From UHGV virus genome UHGV-1558314: 64,000 nt of DNA; one strand, written 5' to 3'. This stretch comes from a virus. The position numbers and the translations under genes are program-made. How positions within the stretch are numbered: position 1 is the first letter of the stretch; each line of letters opens with the position of its first letter. This document shows positions 39,620 through 49,494 of the stretch, one piece after another. Under the pieces are notes generated by a model. That model did no database searches, had not been told where the DNA came from, and saw nothing but the letters and a program-made list of their open reading frames with translations.

Positions 39620-42600
39620 TCAATTGCATGCTGAATGTCCGCAGTTGGTGCATCGAACACAGCCGTCAAACTTGACCATGTCACCACCGCATTCAGGGCA
39701 CTTTGCATACATTTTTGAGCCATCTTGAATATGCAGTTTCAATGCACGACCAATTGCTTTGCAGAATGTTCCGACAGATGCAAAGCTTTTTGCAGTTTGG
39801 TCGACAATTTCGCCAAGGTCAATACCATTGCGAAGCATCGTTGAGTATAGTCGAGTAATTGTTTGTTGCTCATCTGAACCAAGACGTTCTGATATATTGT
39901 CATAGTGCTGCAAGAATGACAAATTGTCACCAAGCTTGTAGTGCTTCTTATCAGTCTTTGTGATTGTCGTTTGTTCAATGCCTTGCAACTTGTCGAATTC
40001 ATCTTTGTCAAGTTCAAATGCAAAGATTTCATAAGGTCGACCGTCATCACAGCCTACAAGAATACACCACTTGCGCTTATACACTGACACGCAATACACT
40101 GCAGCAGGCAATACTGGTTTTCGTTTTGAGCGATGACCAGATTGCAAGATGTGCGACTTGTCTTTTGACTGCTTGTCATCTTTTACGAGAACACCTGCAC
40201 GTGAGCCGTCTCGATAAATTGTGCAGCCCTTGCAGCCAGATTTCCATGCAGTCATATAAATTTCACGAACGAGTTCTTTTGTTGCAGAGTTTGGAATGTT
40301 GACCGTTACAGAAATTGACGAGTCAATGTATTTTTGCAATGCACCTTGCAGTTTCACCTTGCCAATCCAGTCAACATCTTCAGTAGTTGCCTTGTAGTAT
40401 GGTGATTGAACAAGCAACTCATCAATGACTGCTTGTGGAGCATTTGATAGCCAAGCTTTGATACGAGACATTTCTGCTTCTGACCATTCAATGCCAGTAT
40501 CTTTGACAAGAGTAAATTTGCCATCGCCAAGCTGCAATCGTTTACAAATCCACTGCATCAATGGGTAGTGAACTACAGCATATTCAATGAACTTGTCACC
40601 AGTAGTCTCATCAATGAAGTTGATGTCAGCTTCATTATCAACTGCAGTAGGCTTGCGACGACGTTTATGCAGCGGCATAAAGACAGGTTCAATGCCAGAC
40701 GTTGTCTGAGTCATCAAAGCTGTAGTGCCTGTTGGCGCAATTGTGGTCGTGTTAATGTTTCGACGGCCAAATTGCTGATAAGTTTTGATATGCTCATCAT
40801 CAATCGGTTCAGATAGCATACGCTGTACGAACTTTGACTGCACATCTGTGTCATAGTCGAATATTGCAAATGCGCCACGAATCTTTGCTAAGTCAATCGA
40901 TGCTTCATAAGTAGCCTTTACAAGCCATTGTTGCATAGTGACTGCGAAGTCAATTGACTCTTGTGAACCATAGCGCAAGCCAAGCATTGCCATTGCATCG
41001 CCAAGTGCAAGGAAGCCCATGCCATATCTACGAGTATTTGTCAATTTGTCATAGACTTTGTGCCACAAGTCAAGTTCAGTCTTTTTGATGTCAAAGTCTT
41101 CTTTGTCTGACTGTACCTTTGCAATGATTCGTTGCACTGCTTCAATTTCAAGCTGTACAAGGTCATCCATGATGACTGCACAATCATACGTGTCTTTATA
41201 GAATGTCTCAAAGTCAAATGACGCATCAGCAGTCCAAGGATTAAGCACGTATGCAGTCAAATTGCGATGTGACAAAATGCAGCTTGCATATGCTGCAAGA
41301 GGTTGTTCACCACAATTTAATGTATTGACTACTTGCTTGTCATTGACTGCAATAAAGAAATTGTGGAAGTCTTCTACTGTACCATTGTACACATCTGCTT
41401 TGTTCATGTGACGTGTTGCAACGACTTTGACAATTGTATCACCAGTAGTGTCAATGTCTGCATATTTGCTGCAGCCACCTAATGCTGCACAAGCTTCACA
41501 GCAATATGACTGTTCACGATTGTCATAAGAGATTTCGAATTCTTTACCACAGCACTCGCATTGTTTGATAACTGTATTTCGTTCTGTTTTTACAAGCTCA
41601 TCAGTCTTCAATGCAATTGATAGCTTATCTGCGCTTGGCATATCAATTGCCCACAACGTGTCATTTGTCGCAAGGTCAATTGCATACTTGAAATCACCAT
41701 TAGCAAGTCTGAACTCATGATTTGCTGTGCAATTGATGACATGACCATCATCAAGCACAATCTGAATGATTTGTGCATTGTGTGCAGTCAATCTTGGTCG
41801 ACGCATTGTACGCACAACAAGCTTGCCATTAGCGTCAAGACAATACACTGGAATGTCTTCGCCGTTATCAGCAAGCTCTTTGAATGTCTTCAAGCCTGAG
41901 CCATCAGCAACAAGCACTTTTGTGTCACCAGTGAAGCATGGATTTGTTGAGCGCTCTTCATACATTTTGCCGTATGCTTTCGAGTTCGACTCTTCCATAA
42001 TGCGGTCCCAAAAGAATACACCAGGTTCTGCAGATGCCCATACATTATCAACAATTTTGTCAAACAATGCTTTTGCATCTGATGTCTTATGCAGCTCTTG
42101 ACCATTAGAGCCACGCCAAACATGCTCAAACTGTTGTTCTGCAAGCACTGCACGCATAAATGCATCAGTAAGCTTGATGGAAATGTTTGCGCATGTGATT
42201 TTCGTCAAGTCCTTTTTTGCATCAATGAACTTATCTGCATCAGGATGCTCAATTGACAATGACAACATCAATGCGCCACGCCTGCCATTTTGTGCAACTT
42301 CTTTTGTCGATGTTGAAAAACGTTCCATAAATGACACTACACCAGACGTCGTAACAGCACTGTTATGCACTTCTACGCCTTCTGGACGAATATGTGACAA
42401 ATCATGGCCGACACCACCACGACGTTTCATCAACTGAACTTGTTCTTCATCTATTTTGAAGATGCCGCCATATGAGTCTGCATCATTGCCTATTACATAG
42501 CAATTTGACATTGATGTGTAACCGCCAAGACCAATACCAGCCATTGGAGAACCACCAAGTACAAATCGCTTAAATGGCTCAAGCAAATATGCAAGTCGCT

Positions 42601-42841
42601 CTTTTGACAATACACGTTTGCCTGTCTGTTCTTCAAATTGTGATTCTATACGGTCAAATTCATTGACCCAGCGTTCATGCATATCAGACAATGAGTGTTC
42701 ATACAGATTGTCTTTGTCATGATGCAAGTATTTTGACATGCATATGTCAGCAGCCATTGAGTCGCCTGTAAATTCATGTGTCAGTGTAGTGTGCACTTCA
42801 GCATATTCAGGCGACCCAATTTGAATAGGACGTTTTGTCAT
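39620..42841 (-). CDS. ribonucleotide reductase catalytic subunit (probably class II NrdJ-like), intein-containing
   Basis: Active-site NPCGE is split (…ERSTNP | intein | CGEQPL…); C-terminal zinc ribbon CPECGG...CVRCTNCGH; start taken at MTKRP (ATG at 42841). Confidence 0.8.
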   Translation of the reverse strand: MTKRPIQIGSPEYAEVHTTLTHEFTGDSMAADICMSKYLHHDKDNLYEHSLSDMHERWVNEFDRIESQFEEQTGKRVLSKERLAYLLEPFKRFVLGGSPMAGIGLGGYTSMSNCYVIGNDADSYGGIFKIDEEQVQLMKRRGGVGHDLSHIRPEGVEVHNSAVTTSGVVSFMERFSTSTKEVAQNGRRGALMLSLSIEHPDADKFIDAKKDLTKITCANISIKLTDAFMRAVLAEQQFEHVWRGSNGQELHKTSDAKALFDKIVDNVWASAEPGVFFWDRIMEESNSKAYGKMYEERSTNPCFTGDTKVLVADGSGLKTFKELADNGEDIPVYCLDANGKLVVRTMRRPRLTAHNAQIIQIVLDDGHVINCTANHEFRLANGDFKYAIDLATNDTLWAIDMPSADKLSIALKTDELVKTERNTVIKQCECCGKEFEISYDNREQSYCCEACAALGGCSKYADIDTTGDTIVKVVATRHMNKADVYNGTVEDFHNFFIAVNDKQVVNTLNCGEQPLAAYASCILSHRNLTAYVLNPWTADASFDFETFYKDTYDCAVIMDDLVQLEIEAVQRIIAKVQSDKEDFDIKKTELDLWHKVYDKLTNTRRYGMGFLALGDAMAMLGLRYGSQESIDFAVTMQQWLVKATYEASIDLAKIRGAFAIFDYDTDVQSKFVQRMLSEPIDDEHIKTYQQFGRRNINTTTIAPTGTTALMTQTTSGIEPVFMPLHKRRRKPTAVDNEADINFIDETTGDKFIEYAVVHYPLMQWICKRLQLGDGKFTLVKDTGIEWSEAEMSRIKAWLSNAPQAVIDELLVQSPYYKATTEDVDWIGKVKLQGALQKYIDSSISVTVNIPNSATKELVREIYMTAWKSGCKGCTIYRDGSRAGVLVKDDKQSKDKSHILQSGHRSKRKPVLPAAVYCVSVYKRKWCILVGCDDGRPYEIFAFELDKDEFDKLQGIEQTTITKTDKKHYKLGDNLSFLQHYDNISERLGSDEQQTITRLYSTMLRNGIDLGEIVDQTAKSFASVGTFCKAIGRALKLHIQDGSKMYAKCPECGGDMVKFDGCVRCTNCGHSACN
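41315..41938 (-). mobile_element. mini-intein (208 aa) inside the ribonucleotide reductase gene
   Basis: Begins CFTGDTKVLV (block A), contains NCTANHEF (block B) and VYNGTVEDFHNFF (block G-like), ends ...VVNTLN followed by extein Cys; precise excision restores NPCGE. No LAGLIDADG or HNH domain; carries a Cys-rich insert CECCGKEF...CCEACAALGGC. Confidence 0.75.
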
Positions 42842-42908
42842 TGTAACAGTGCATTTAAGTGTTTTAACAGTTTTATGTATAAATTGTACAACAATGGGCA
42901 AAATTTTG

Positions 42909-42958
42909 CATCAACTCAAAACAGCCAAGCAATGAATTGCTTGGCTGTTTTGAGTTGA
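42909..42958 (-). terminator. long perfect hairpin (about 22-bp stem)
   Basis: tcaactcaaaacagccaagcaa / ttgcttggctgttttgagttga with loop tgaa, upstream of the ribonucleotide reductase promoter-like motif. Confidence 0.5.
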
Positions 42959-43149
42959 TGCGCACCTGCTATTTTACTTGAACAGCTTCTGCAAGAATGA
43001 AACTGCAATCTACTACATCATCTTCTTCGCATTTAGAATTGAAGTACTGCTGAGCATCCTTGGCATTGTCAAATGCTTCATACCATCGATGGTCAATGTA
43101 GTCTACTAATACAAGATAGTGTTTCATAGTTAGTTGCAGTTAGTTGTAG

Positions 43150-43605
43150 TTATTGTGCTTTGCCAGTATAATAAGTGATTGCGTCAATGTAAGGCTGTTC
43201 TTTAGACATTAGCCAATCAATGCCAAATACTGTATCTTGGCGAAATCTTCGTTGTGCAATCATTTGAACTTCTATAGGCATATCTACGTCCTTGCCAAAT
43301 CTTATTGTATTTGCAAGTTCTGTGATTGCATATCTGAGAATTTTATCAGTGCTCATTGTTAATGTACTTTCCGGCAATTGCCAGTAGCGTTCTTGGAATG
43401 CTCGATTTGCTGAGTAAGTCCAAAGTTCAAGTCTTGCATTTCTGCAATCATATGAAACAATCAGACTTAATCCTTTTGTCCAGCAATGTGCTATCTTAAT
43501 GATAGGGTTGTTGTCATTGATTGATGACATTGCTTGCAGTTTTTCGAAATCTTTAACATATCTGTTATCATTCGAAAGCTGTTCCATTATTTCACCGTAA
43601 GTCAT
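43150..43605 (-). CDS. hypothetical protein
   Basis: 151-aa ORF. Confidence 0.45.
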   Translation of the reverse strand: MTYGEIMEQLSNDNRYVKDFEKLQAMSSINDNNPIIKIAHCWTKGLSLIVSYDCRNARLELWTYSANRAFQERYWQLPESTLTMSTDKILRYAITELANTIRFGKDVDMPIEVQMIAQRRFRQDTVFGIDWLMSKEQPYIDAITYYTGKAQ

Positions 43606-43639
43606 TGTAGTAGAGGTTAAAATATATTAATATATAATA

Positions 43640-43667
43640 ATTATACTACAAAGTTGCCAGATTTGCA
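43640..43667 (-). promoter_or_regulatory. recurrent bipartite promoter-like motif
   Basis: ttatactacaaagttgccagatttgcac upstream of the 43150..43605 gene. Confidence 0.45.
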
Positions 43668-43780
43668 CCAGAATGTATAACAAGTTCACACAAAATTACA
43701 AACAAAAACAAGCAGACTGCAATTACAGCCTGCTTGCACCAAAACAGAAAAAGATGATAACTTAACCCAAAAACCTAACT

Positions 43781-45322
43781 TTATCTACTTACAGAATCTC
43801 GCATTGAAATCATAACTTGCTCTTGAATTGACATAGGTATGATGTTGAAGTCTGACACTTCAGCAACGTCATCAACATCAAGTGCTCTTAATGTGTCTGT
43901 GTTACAGCAAGTCACTATGATTGACTTGCGAACATACTCATCAGCAACATTCCACAACAGCTGACAAATTGCTCGATTGTCAAGACAAATTTCATTGACT
44001 GTGCGGACAAGGCTGTACCATGCAGTCACATTATTGCGCTTCAGAGTTTCAAGCATATATCGTGCAAGCCCAAAACCTGCTACATATGACCCAGTCTGCT
44101 TATTGAATGACTCAATTGCGTATGCATCAAACAATGCTTCTGTCATCAAGGGCATTGCAGCGGTCATTCGGTAGTATCGATAGTCAACACATACAATCAA
44201 CCAGTTAACATATGAATTGACTGCGTATGCATGCGCTTTGAACCCAAGGTCATTCAAGATTTTGCAGATGGCATTGTAAGTCGATTCATCAGCATTGCCA
44301 AAGTTTGCAAGCAGCTTAACTTTAAGAATGTCTTCACCAATTGCATTTCTTGTAGCAGTGAATGATGGTATGCATGCAAAGCTTCTTTTGCAGATGTCTG
44401 TGATAAGTTGCTGTGCATCATTCACAAGCTGTCTTGCAGCCTCAGCACGCTTTTCAGACTGTGCTTGATATTTTGGCCGCAACTGTGATGAGCCAGTTGC
44501 AGCACCATATCGCATAGCAGCTTGCCAGTCCTTGAGATTATTTTGCAATTCACGAACATAGTCTGCAGCGACCATTGCAGATGGAGTTCTTTGCTGTTCG
44601 ATGAGTTTGTTGATGTTTGCAAGCACATCTGATGCAAACATATCTTTTGGTTTGACTTTCGCAATTTCAGCAAGCACTGCAGGTACACGAGCAATGCCAC
44701 GAGGCTCATTTGAAACTACTACTGCATAATCTACAAGTGCCTCACATACAAGCTGTTCATCGACAAAGTACTCAGGATTCTGCACAGCGTCTTCAACAAC
44801 TGCAATCAATGTTGCTATACGATTGCCGTCAGGCTTATTGCCAAACAGCTCAATGTACAACATATCTGCTTGTTGGTCTGTCATTGAACCTGCAATGTCA
44901 ATTGACTTTGCCAGCTTATTAAGCAGTTCAGCTTGCTTACTCGACAATCTGACTTTGTATGATGACTCTACAGCTTCTTTGACTGCTTTGAGTTTTCTAT
45001 CAATGTCAAGACTACTTTCATTGACATTCATACCAACAATGCCAGCAGCGTCAGTGTTAAATTGCTCAACAGTTTCTGCTGCAGTTATTGGCGATGACAC
45101 AATAGATTGTTTTGCATTTGCTGCAAGCTGATTGAGTCGAGTGACTGCTTCAGAATCTTGCGCAACTGCAAGATATCTTACGCACAGCTCATCAATCTGT
45201 GAAAGATAACTTTGGGTCATGTTTATCGAAAAATTGTTGTTTCTTGACGAATAGCTGTTGGATGCAATTTGCAGAAACACTTCGACATTTCTAAGTTCCG
45301 ATGATGACAACAATGTTTCCAT
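43781..45322 (-). CDS. hypothetical protein
   Basis: 513-aa ORF. Confidence 0.5.
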   Translation of the reverse strand: METLLSSSELRNVEVFLQIASNSYSSRNNNFSINMTQSYLSQIDELCVRYLAVAQDSEAVTRLNQLAANAKQSIVSSPITAAETVEQFNTDAAGIVGMNVNESSLDIDRKLKAVKEAVESSYKVRLSSKQAELLNKLAKSIDIAGSMTDQQADMLYIELFGNKPDGNRIATLIAVVEDAVQNPEYFVDEQLVCEALVDYAVVVSNEPRGIARVPAVLAEIAKVKPKDMFASDVLANINKLIEQQRTPSAMVAADYVRELQNNLKDWQAAMRYGAATGSSQLRPKYQAQSEKRAEAARQLVNDAQQLITDICKRSFACIPSFTATRNAIGEDILKVKLLANFGNADESTYNAICKILNDLGFKAHAYAVNSYVNWLIVCVDYRYYRMTAAMPLMTEALFDAYAIESFNKQTGSYVAGFGLARYMLETLKRNNVTAWYSLVRTVNEICLDNRAICQLLWNVADEYVRKSIIVTCCNTDTLRALDVDDVAEVSDFNIIPMSIQEQVMISMRDSVSR

Positions 45323-45334
45323 GTGATATGTATT

Positions 45335-45943
45335 TTAGCCTGCAAACTCATTGATTTTTAGGTCATTTGTCGTAACTGCAAAGCAATCAATGTGCAGCCA
45401 TGTGACGTCTTTTTCTATACGACAACGATGCGGCAATTCATCTGCATGTTCTTTAATGAGCTTTCGCATTTCTGCAGCAGTCATATCTGCAGACTGACAA
45501 TCAATTGCTGCACCATTACAATGTGCACTCAAATAAAGCTTGTTTGCAAGTGTCTTGTCTTTTGGGATTTGACAGATATTGCATCGTAAGCCACGTTGAC
45601 TCATTGTGCCGCCTTTAGCCCAATTATTGACACATAACGGCACTTTCAGCACAAATTTGCGTAATGCAAGCAGCAAGTCAAGCAGTTCTCTGTCAAGAAA
45701 CTGCCAAGAATTATCGCCAAACTTGTCATAGCAATGTTTGCATACAAGTTCTTTTATGCTGAAATATTGCTTAAGCTCTGCAATGACAGAGTCTCTTGAA
45801 GCACTTGCAATATCTGCAATGTTAGCTATGCTGTTGTTGCTGTTGTTCATGTTGTCTATCAAGTTCTTTGCATTTGCACTCATTTCGTTCACCCATGACT
45901 TTTGTAATGCCCGCAGTTGCAAACATGCCTGCGACTGCGCCAA
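45335..45943 (-). CDS. endolysin, peptidase M15 family (L-alanyl-D-glutamate peptidase-like)
   Basis: Zn-binding signature SAHCNGAAID (S-x-H-x-x-G-x-A-x-D) and downstream WLHID; start uncertain, probably an internal Met. Confidence 0.65.
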   Translation of the reverse strand: MAQSQACLQLRALQKSWVNEMSANAKNLIDNMNNSNNSIANIADIASASRDSVIAELKQYFSIKELVCKHCYDKFGDNSWQFLDRELLDLLLALRKFVLKVPLCVNNWAKGGTMSQRGLRCNICQIPKDKTLANKLYLSAHCNGAAIDCQSADMTAAEMRKLIKEHADELPHRCRIEKDVTWLHIDCFAVTTNDLKINEFAG

Positions 45944-46133
45944 TTATGCCTGCAACTGCGCCAAGTTGCTCAGTTGTTTTGCCAGTTGCTACGACTTCCC
46001 ATATGATAGCAAAACAAACAACGAGCAATATAAAGATGCCTATAAAAGTCACAGCTACAACAAAAAATGATTTGACTGACACACCAGTGTCATTCGTCAC
46101 TAAGTTGCGCATTGTAAATTTGTTGTTATTCAT
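45822..46133 (-). CDS. holin-like small membrane protein
   Basis: Two hydrophobic helices (FFVVAVTFIGIFILLVVCFAII; LGAVAGIIGAVAGMFATAGI), charged Q-rich C-terminus, immediately upstream of and overlapping the endolysin. Confidence 0.45.
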   Translation of the reverse strand: MNNNKFTMRNLVTNDTGVSVKSFFVVAVTFIGIFILLVVCFAIIWEVVATGKTTEQLGAVAGIIGAVAGMFATAGITKVMGERNECKCKELDRQHEQQQQQHS

Positions 46134-46145
46134 ATGGATGGCGAA

Positions 46146-46175
46146 CTGTACACATTGTACACATTGTACACACTT
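46146..46175. repeat. 9-bp tandem repeat tgtacacat x3
   Basis: ctgtacacattgtacacattgtacacac upstream of the holin-like gene. Confidence 0.7.
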
Positions 46176-46293
46176 ATATTGTATGTGTTTGTATATGTAT
46201 TTTAACAGGCATTAGCAAACAATACAAAAATGCAAAATGAAAGTGGCTCAGATGTATATCTGAGCCACTTTCATTTGTCATATGAGTTGTCTA

Positions 46294-47949
46294 TTATGCA
46301 AGCAATGTTTGCAGCATGTAGCAGCCTTTTGCATATGCGACAATTGCTTTTGCAGGATTGTTCTTGATGTATGCAGGCAACTTGAGCCAAATCAGTGCTA
46401 CAAGAACTTTCTGTCGCAGCGTTAAATCAAGTTCATCAATGTTGTAGCCAATGACTTTTGCTCTGACATCGCCATCAACATAATCGAATTGCTGATATGC
46501 TGACTGATTGAATGCATCATAGCCAGACAAGCCATATGCAAACTTTGCAATGTCATAATCGATGTCACCAGTCATCTTGACGTCACCAAAGTAGCCTCTT
46601 GGGTCAATGAACATGCATTTTGATGAATCTGCACTGAACATTGTATTTGACGTATTCGGGTCACCATGAATGAATGACCAATTTTCGCATGCATAGTCAA
46701 TTGAATCTTCTTGTGACAAGAAGAATCTTAACTTGCTCATCAGTTCATCGAATGGCATCAATGCAATACCATTGAATGATTTGATGCCTGCTACAAGTGA
46801 CTTGACTTCAGCATATCTTGCAATAGTAGTCTCAATGTACTCTTTGCGCATTGCGTCAATCATTTGCTGTCTGCTAACTGGCCAAATCTCGTCATTGTCA
46901 AGATTACTTGCATGCAATTCATTGATTGACTGTTTGAATGTTGTCATGCAGCCACGAGCAATTGCAGCATATCTACGCTCAATATCAACTTTGTTGAGGA
47001 ACTGATGTACAGTCACTCCGTTAATTTTCGACATTTTGATGAAGTCTTCACCAGTTTCAAATATCGATGGAATGACTGTCGATTCTGCATTCATAGCATG
47101 ACGATACCATTCTTGTTCTTTCTGAATGAGTGCCAAACCACGAGCATTTGTAGCAGATTTCGTAACAATATCGCCATCAATGCTAATGCTATTGAAATAC
47201 CGCACTTCATTATCACGTGCAGCCTTGACTGCTTCACTGACAAATGCTCCGCGTTCGCCATATGAATGACAGCCAGCAATTTCATATCTGTCTACAAATG
47301 TAACGTTGGTCATTAAATCAGCAAAATCAGCATTGTTATCATTATGCTGCATATCAATGACATTGTTATGAAACGCTGCAGGTACATAATATGCGCCAAC
47401 AATGCCACTATGATATGTAGACTCATACAAATGGTCGAGCACATATGCTTCTGCATCTGCATAAGACCCTACTTTGTAGAATGCATCAGTAGGAATGAGA
47501 TGCAGTCTGCAATCAATGTCATTTGACGTGCAACAAGTTATGCAGCCATTTTTGAATTCTGCAAACGGCAATTCAATATCGCCAAGCCACACATCAGACC
47601 AATGATAGAATACATTGCAATCACCAATGTTGTTAGCAACAAACATTGCTACATCTGCGCATGCTTTTGCTGAGCCATCAGCTTTGTCATGCACAATAGT
47701 TGATAACTTGATATCTGGTGCAAATGCTGCAGCATGTTCATGAATCATTGCTACATGAGTGTCATTTGCACATGCAACAATGACTTCATCAAACTGTCGA
47801 GCATAGGATGTCAAAATCTTTGCAAGCACTGTTTGTTTGCCTGCATTTACAAGAGTTTTAGGGATGTAATTGTTGCCGGTCATTGTTGACATGCGAGTGC
47901 CCAACCCACATGCAATGATTGCTAACACATTTGGATATTGATGAGACAT
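46294..47949 (-). CDS. bifunctional sugar-phosphate nucleotidyltransferase / APH-choline-kinase-fold kinase
   Basis: N-terminal AIIACGLGTRM...IPKTL (G-x-G-T-R nucleotidyltransferase signature); C-terminal FIHGDPNTSN and FIDPRGY (kinase H-x-D...N and D-x-x-G-type motifs). Confidence 0.6.
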   Translation of the reverse strand: MSHQYPNVLAIIACGLGTRMSTMTGNNYIPKTLVNAGKQTVLAKILTSYARQFDEVIVACANDTHVAMIHEHAAAFAPDIKLSTIVHDKADGSAKACADVAMFVANNIGDCNVFYHWSDVWLGDIELPFAEFKNGCITCCTSNDIDCRLHLIPTDAFYKVGSYADAEAYVLDHLYESTYHSGIVGAYYVPAAFHNNVIDMQHNDNNADFADLMTNVTFVDRYEIAGCHSYGERGAFVSEAVKAARDNEVRYFNSISIDGDIVTKSATNARGLALIQKEQEWYRHAMNAESTVIPSIFETGEDFIKMSKINGVTVHQFLNKVDIERRYAAIARGCMTTFKQSINELHASNLDNDEIWPVSRQQMIDAMRKEYIETTIARYAEVKSLVAGIKSFNGIALMPFDELMSKLRFFLSQEDSIDYACENWSFIHGDPNTSNTMFSADSSKCMFIDPRGYFGDVKMTGDIDYDIAKFAYGLSGYDAFNQSAYQQFDYVDGDVRAKVIGYNIDELDLTLRQKVLVALIWLKLPAYIKNNPAKAIVAYAKGCYMLQTLLA

Positions 47950-47990
47950 TGTGTAGTATTGTTTATATGAATATTGTACAATATGCATTG

Positions 47991-48248
47991 CTATTTTGCA
48001 AGATGACAATGCTTACGCCATACTGCAATTTCAACATCTGTAGCAAAATCAAAGTGCAAGCCATGCAATTGTTTCATGTCATATTGACGTCTTGCAATAT
48101 ACTTATTGCCAACTCGCTCAACAACAGAACCAATTTCTACTACATTTTTAGAATGTCGTGGCTCATGTAATGGCACTCTGAATATGTATCTGCCATCTAA
48201 TGTTGACATTATGTCACCATTGTCAATTATGCCTGTTTGCCTGCTCAT
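47991..48248 (-). CDS. hypothetical protein
   Basis: 85-aa ORF. Confidence 0.3.
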   Translation of the reverse strand: MSRQTGIIDNGDIMSTLDGRYIFRVPLHEPRHSKNVVEIGSVVERVGNKYIARRQYDMKQLHGLHFDFATDVEIAVWRKHCHLAK

Positions 48249-48263
48249 TGTTAAAGCATCAAG

Positions 48264-48938
48264 TTATTTTTGAATGTCTACAAGTTCTGCTGCAATTCTA
48301 TCATATGCTAGCATGTGCTTAATTGCGTCATCAAGCAGCTTGTTAAATTCAAGATACTGCTGCAGCACTTTGTCATTCTGCAATGACTGCTCAAGCGCAG
48401 CATAATCACCTGCAAACGGGCGATTCATTGACAGGCCAAAGTTCTTCGCACATTTAGCATAAAATGCATTGTACTCTGCAGCATCAATTGGTGTCGCGTC
48501 ATGAGCTTTAAGCGCACTTTCACTGAGCAACGGGATGGTTTGCTTTCTGCAACGAGTAAACTCGTCTTTGTCAACATACAACACAGAACAACGAACGACA
48601 TTGTCTTCTGCATTCATACCACCTGTCAACAAATCCATTTCCCAATCGAAGCAAATGTTGTAGATGTACAGCATCACAGTTCGATGCTTGTTATCAACAA
48701 ACTTCCAATATCGAGACTTTTTGCAGATAGCTTTGATATGCTGCAAGTCATGCATAAACTTATCATGCGATATCGCATCAAAGCGAGGCAATGATTTGTT
48801 GTCAATGAATGTGTTTGCTGCATCTGCACAACGTTTGAATTCTGCTTGATGCATATTCAGCTCTTCTATGCGCTTTGCTACAAGCGCTTCATATTCTGCT
48901 TTTGCAAGAGCAAGTCTTGCTTCATACAAACTTTGCAT
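48264..48938 (-). CDS. hypothetical protein
   Basis: 224-aa ORF. Confidence 0.45.
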   Translation of the reverse strand: MQSLYEARLALAKAEYEALVAKRIEELNMHQAEFKRCADAANTFIDNKSLPRFDAISHDKFMHDLQHIKAICKKSRYWKFVDNKHRTVMLYIYNICFDWEMDLLTGGMNAEDNVVRCSVLYVDKDEFTRCRKQTIPLLSESALKAHDATPIDAAEYNAFYAKCAKNFGLSMNRPFAGDYAALEQSLQNDKVLQQYLEFNKLLDDAIKHMLAYDRIAAELVDIQK

Positions 48939-48963
48939 ATTTGTGTATGTTTATGAGTTTCTG

Positions 48964-49420
48964 TTAAAATTTGCCATCTGCTACTTGAAAACATTGATAG
49001 CCAAGCTCTCGCCATTTAGCGACCATGGAATCGCGGTCTTCAAGCACAAATGCAATTTGTTGCAGTTCGTCTTCAGACAATGTTTCTACAAGCAATTCAG
49101 GTTTGACAAGCGTATCATGACGTTTATCACCATCTTTTCGCATAAGAATTTGCGGATTGACGATTCTGCCATCTGTATGCTGTGCAAGCCAAACTTCTGT
49201 CATCTGTCTGCAGCTTTCACGACGACCTGTGCAGAATATGATTCTGTAGCCAACTTGCTGCAAATCGCAAAGCAAGTCAAGCACAGTCATAATAGGCTTG
49301 TCTTCATAACAGTGTGCATAAAATGCATCCCCAATCTTTGTTTGATTGTTGAAGATATTTTAGACGGTCGCCAACTTTTGAAATTGTTCCGTCAATGTCG
49401 CATATGATGATATTTGCCAT
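48964..49420 (-). pseudogene. HAD-superfamily phosphatase interrupted by a +1 frameshift
   Basis: ATG at 49420 opens MANIIICDIDGTISKVGDRLKYLQQSNKDW (HAD motif I) and stops after 38 codons; the rest (DAFYAHCYEDKPI...IIFCTGRRE...) continues in the +1 frame; removing one base from the cccc run at 49329..49332 fuses both parts. Confidence 0.5.
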
Positions 49421-49444
49421 GATATGTATGCTTATGAAAGGAAG

Positions 49445-49470
49445 AGCTCAATTGAGCTCTTCCTGATAGT
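49445..49470 (-). terminator. perfect palindromic hairpin
   Basis: aggaagagctcaa / ttgagctcttcct downstream of the 49495..50367 gene. Confidence 0.5.
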
Positions 49471-49494
49471 CAACTTGATAAACCTCTACGAAAA

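Noticed and set aside
41315-41938. Intein-encoded LAGLIDADG or HNH homing endonuclease
   Set aside because: At 208 aa the insert is too short and shows no LAGLIDADG or HNH motifs. Only a Cys-rich segment occupies the usual endonuclease position.
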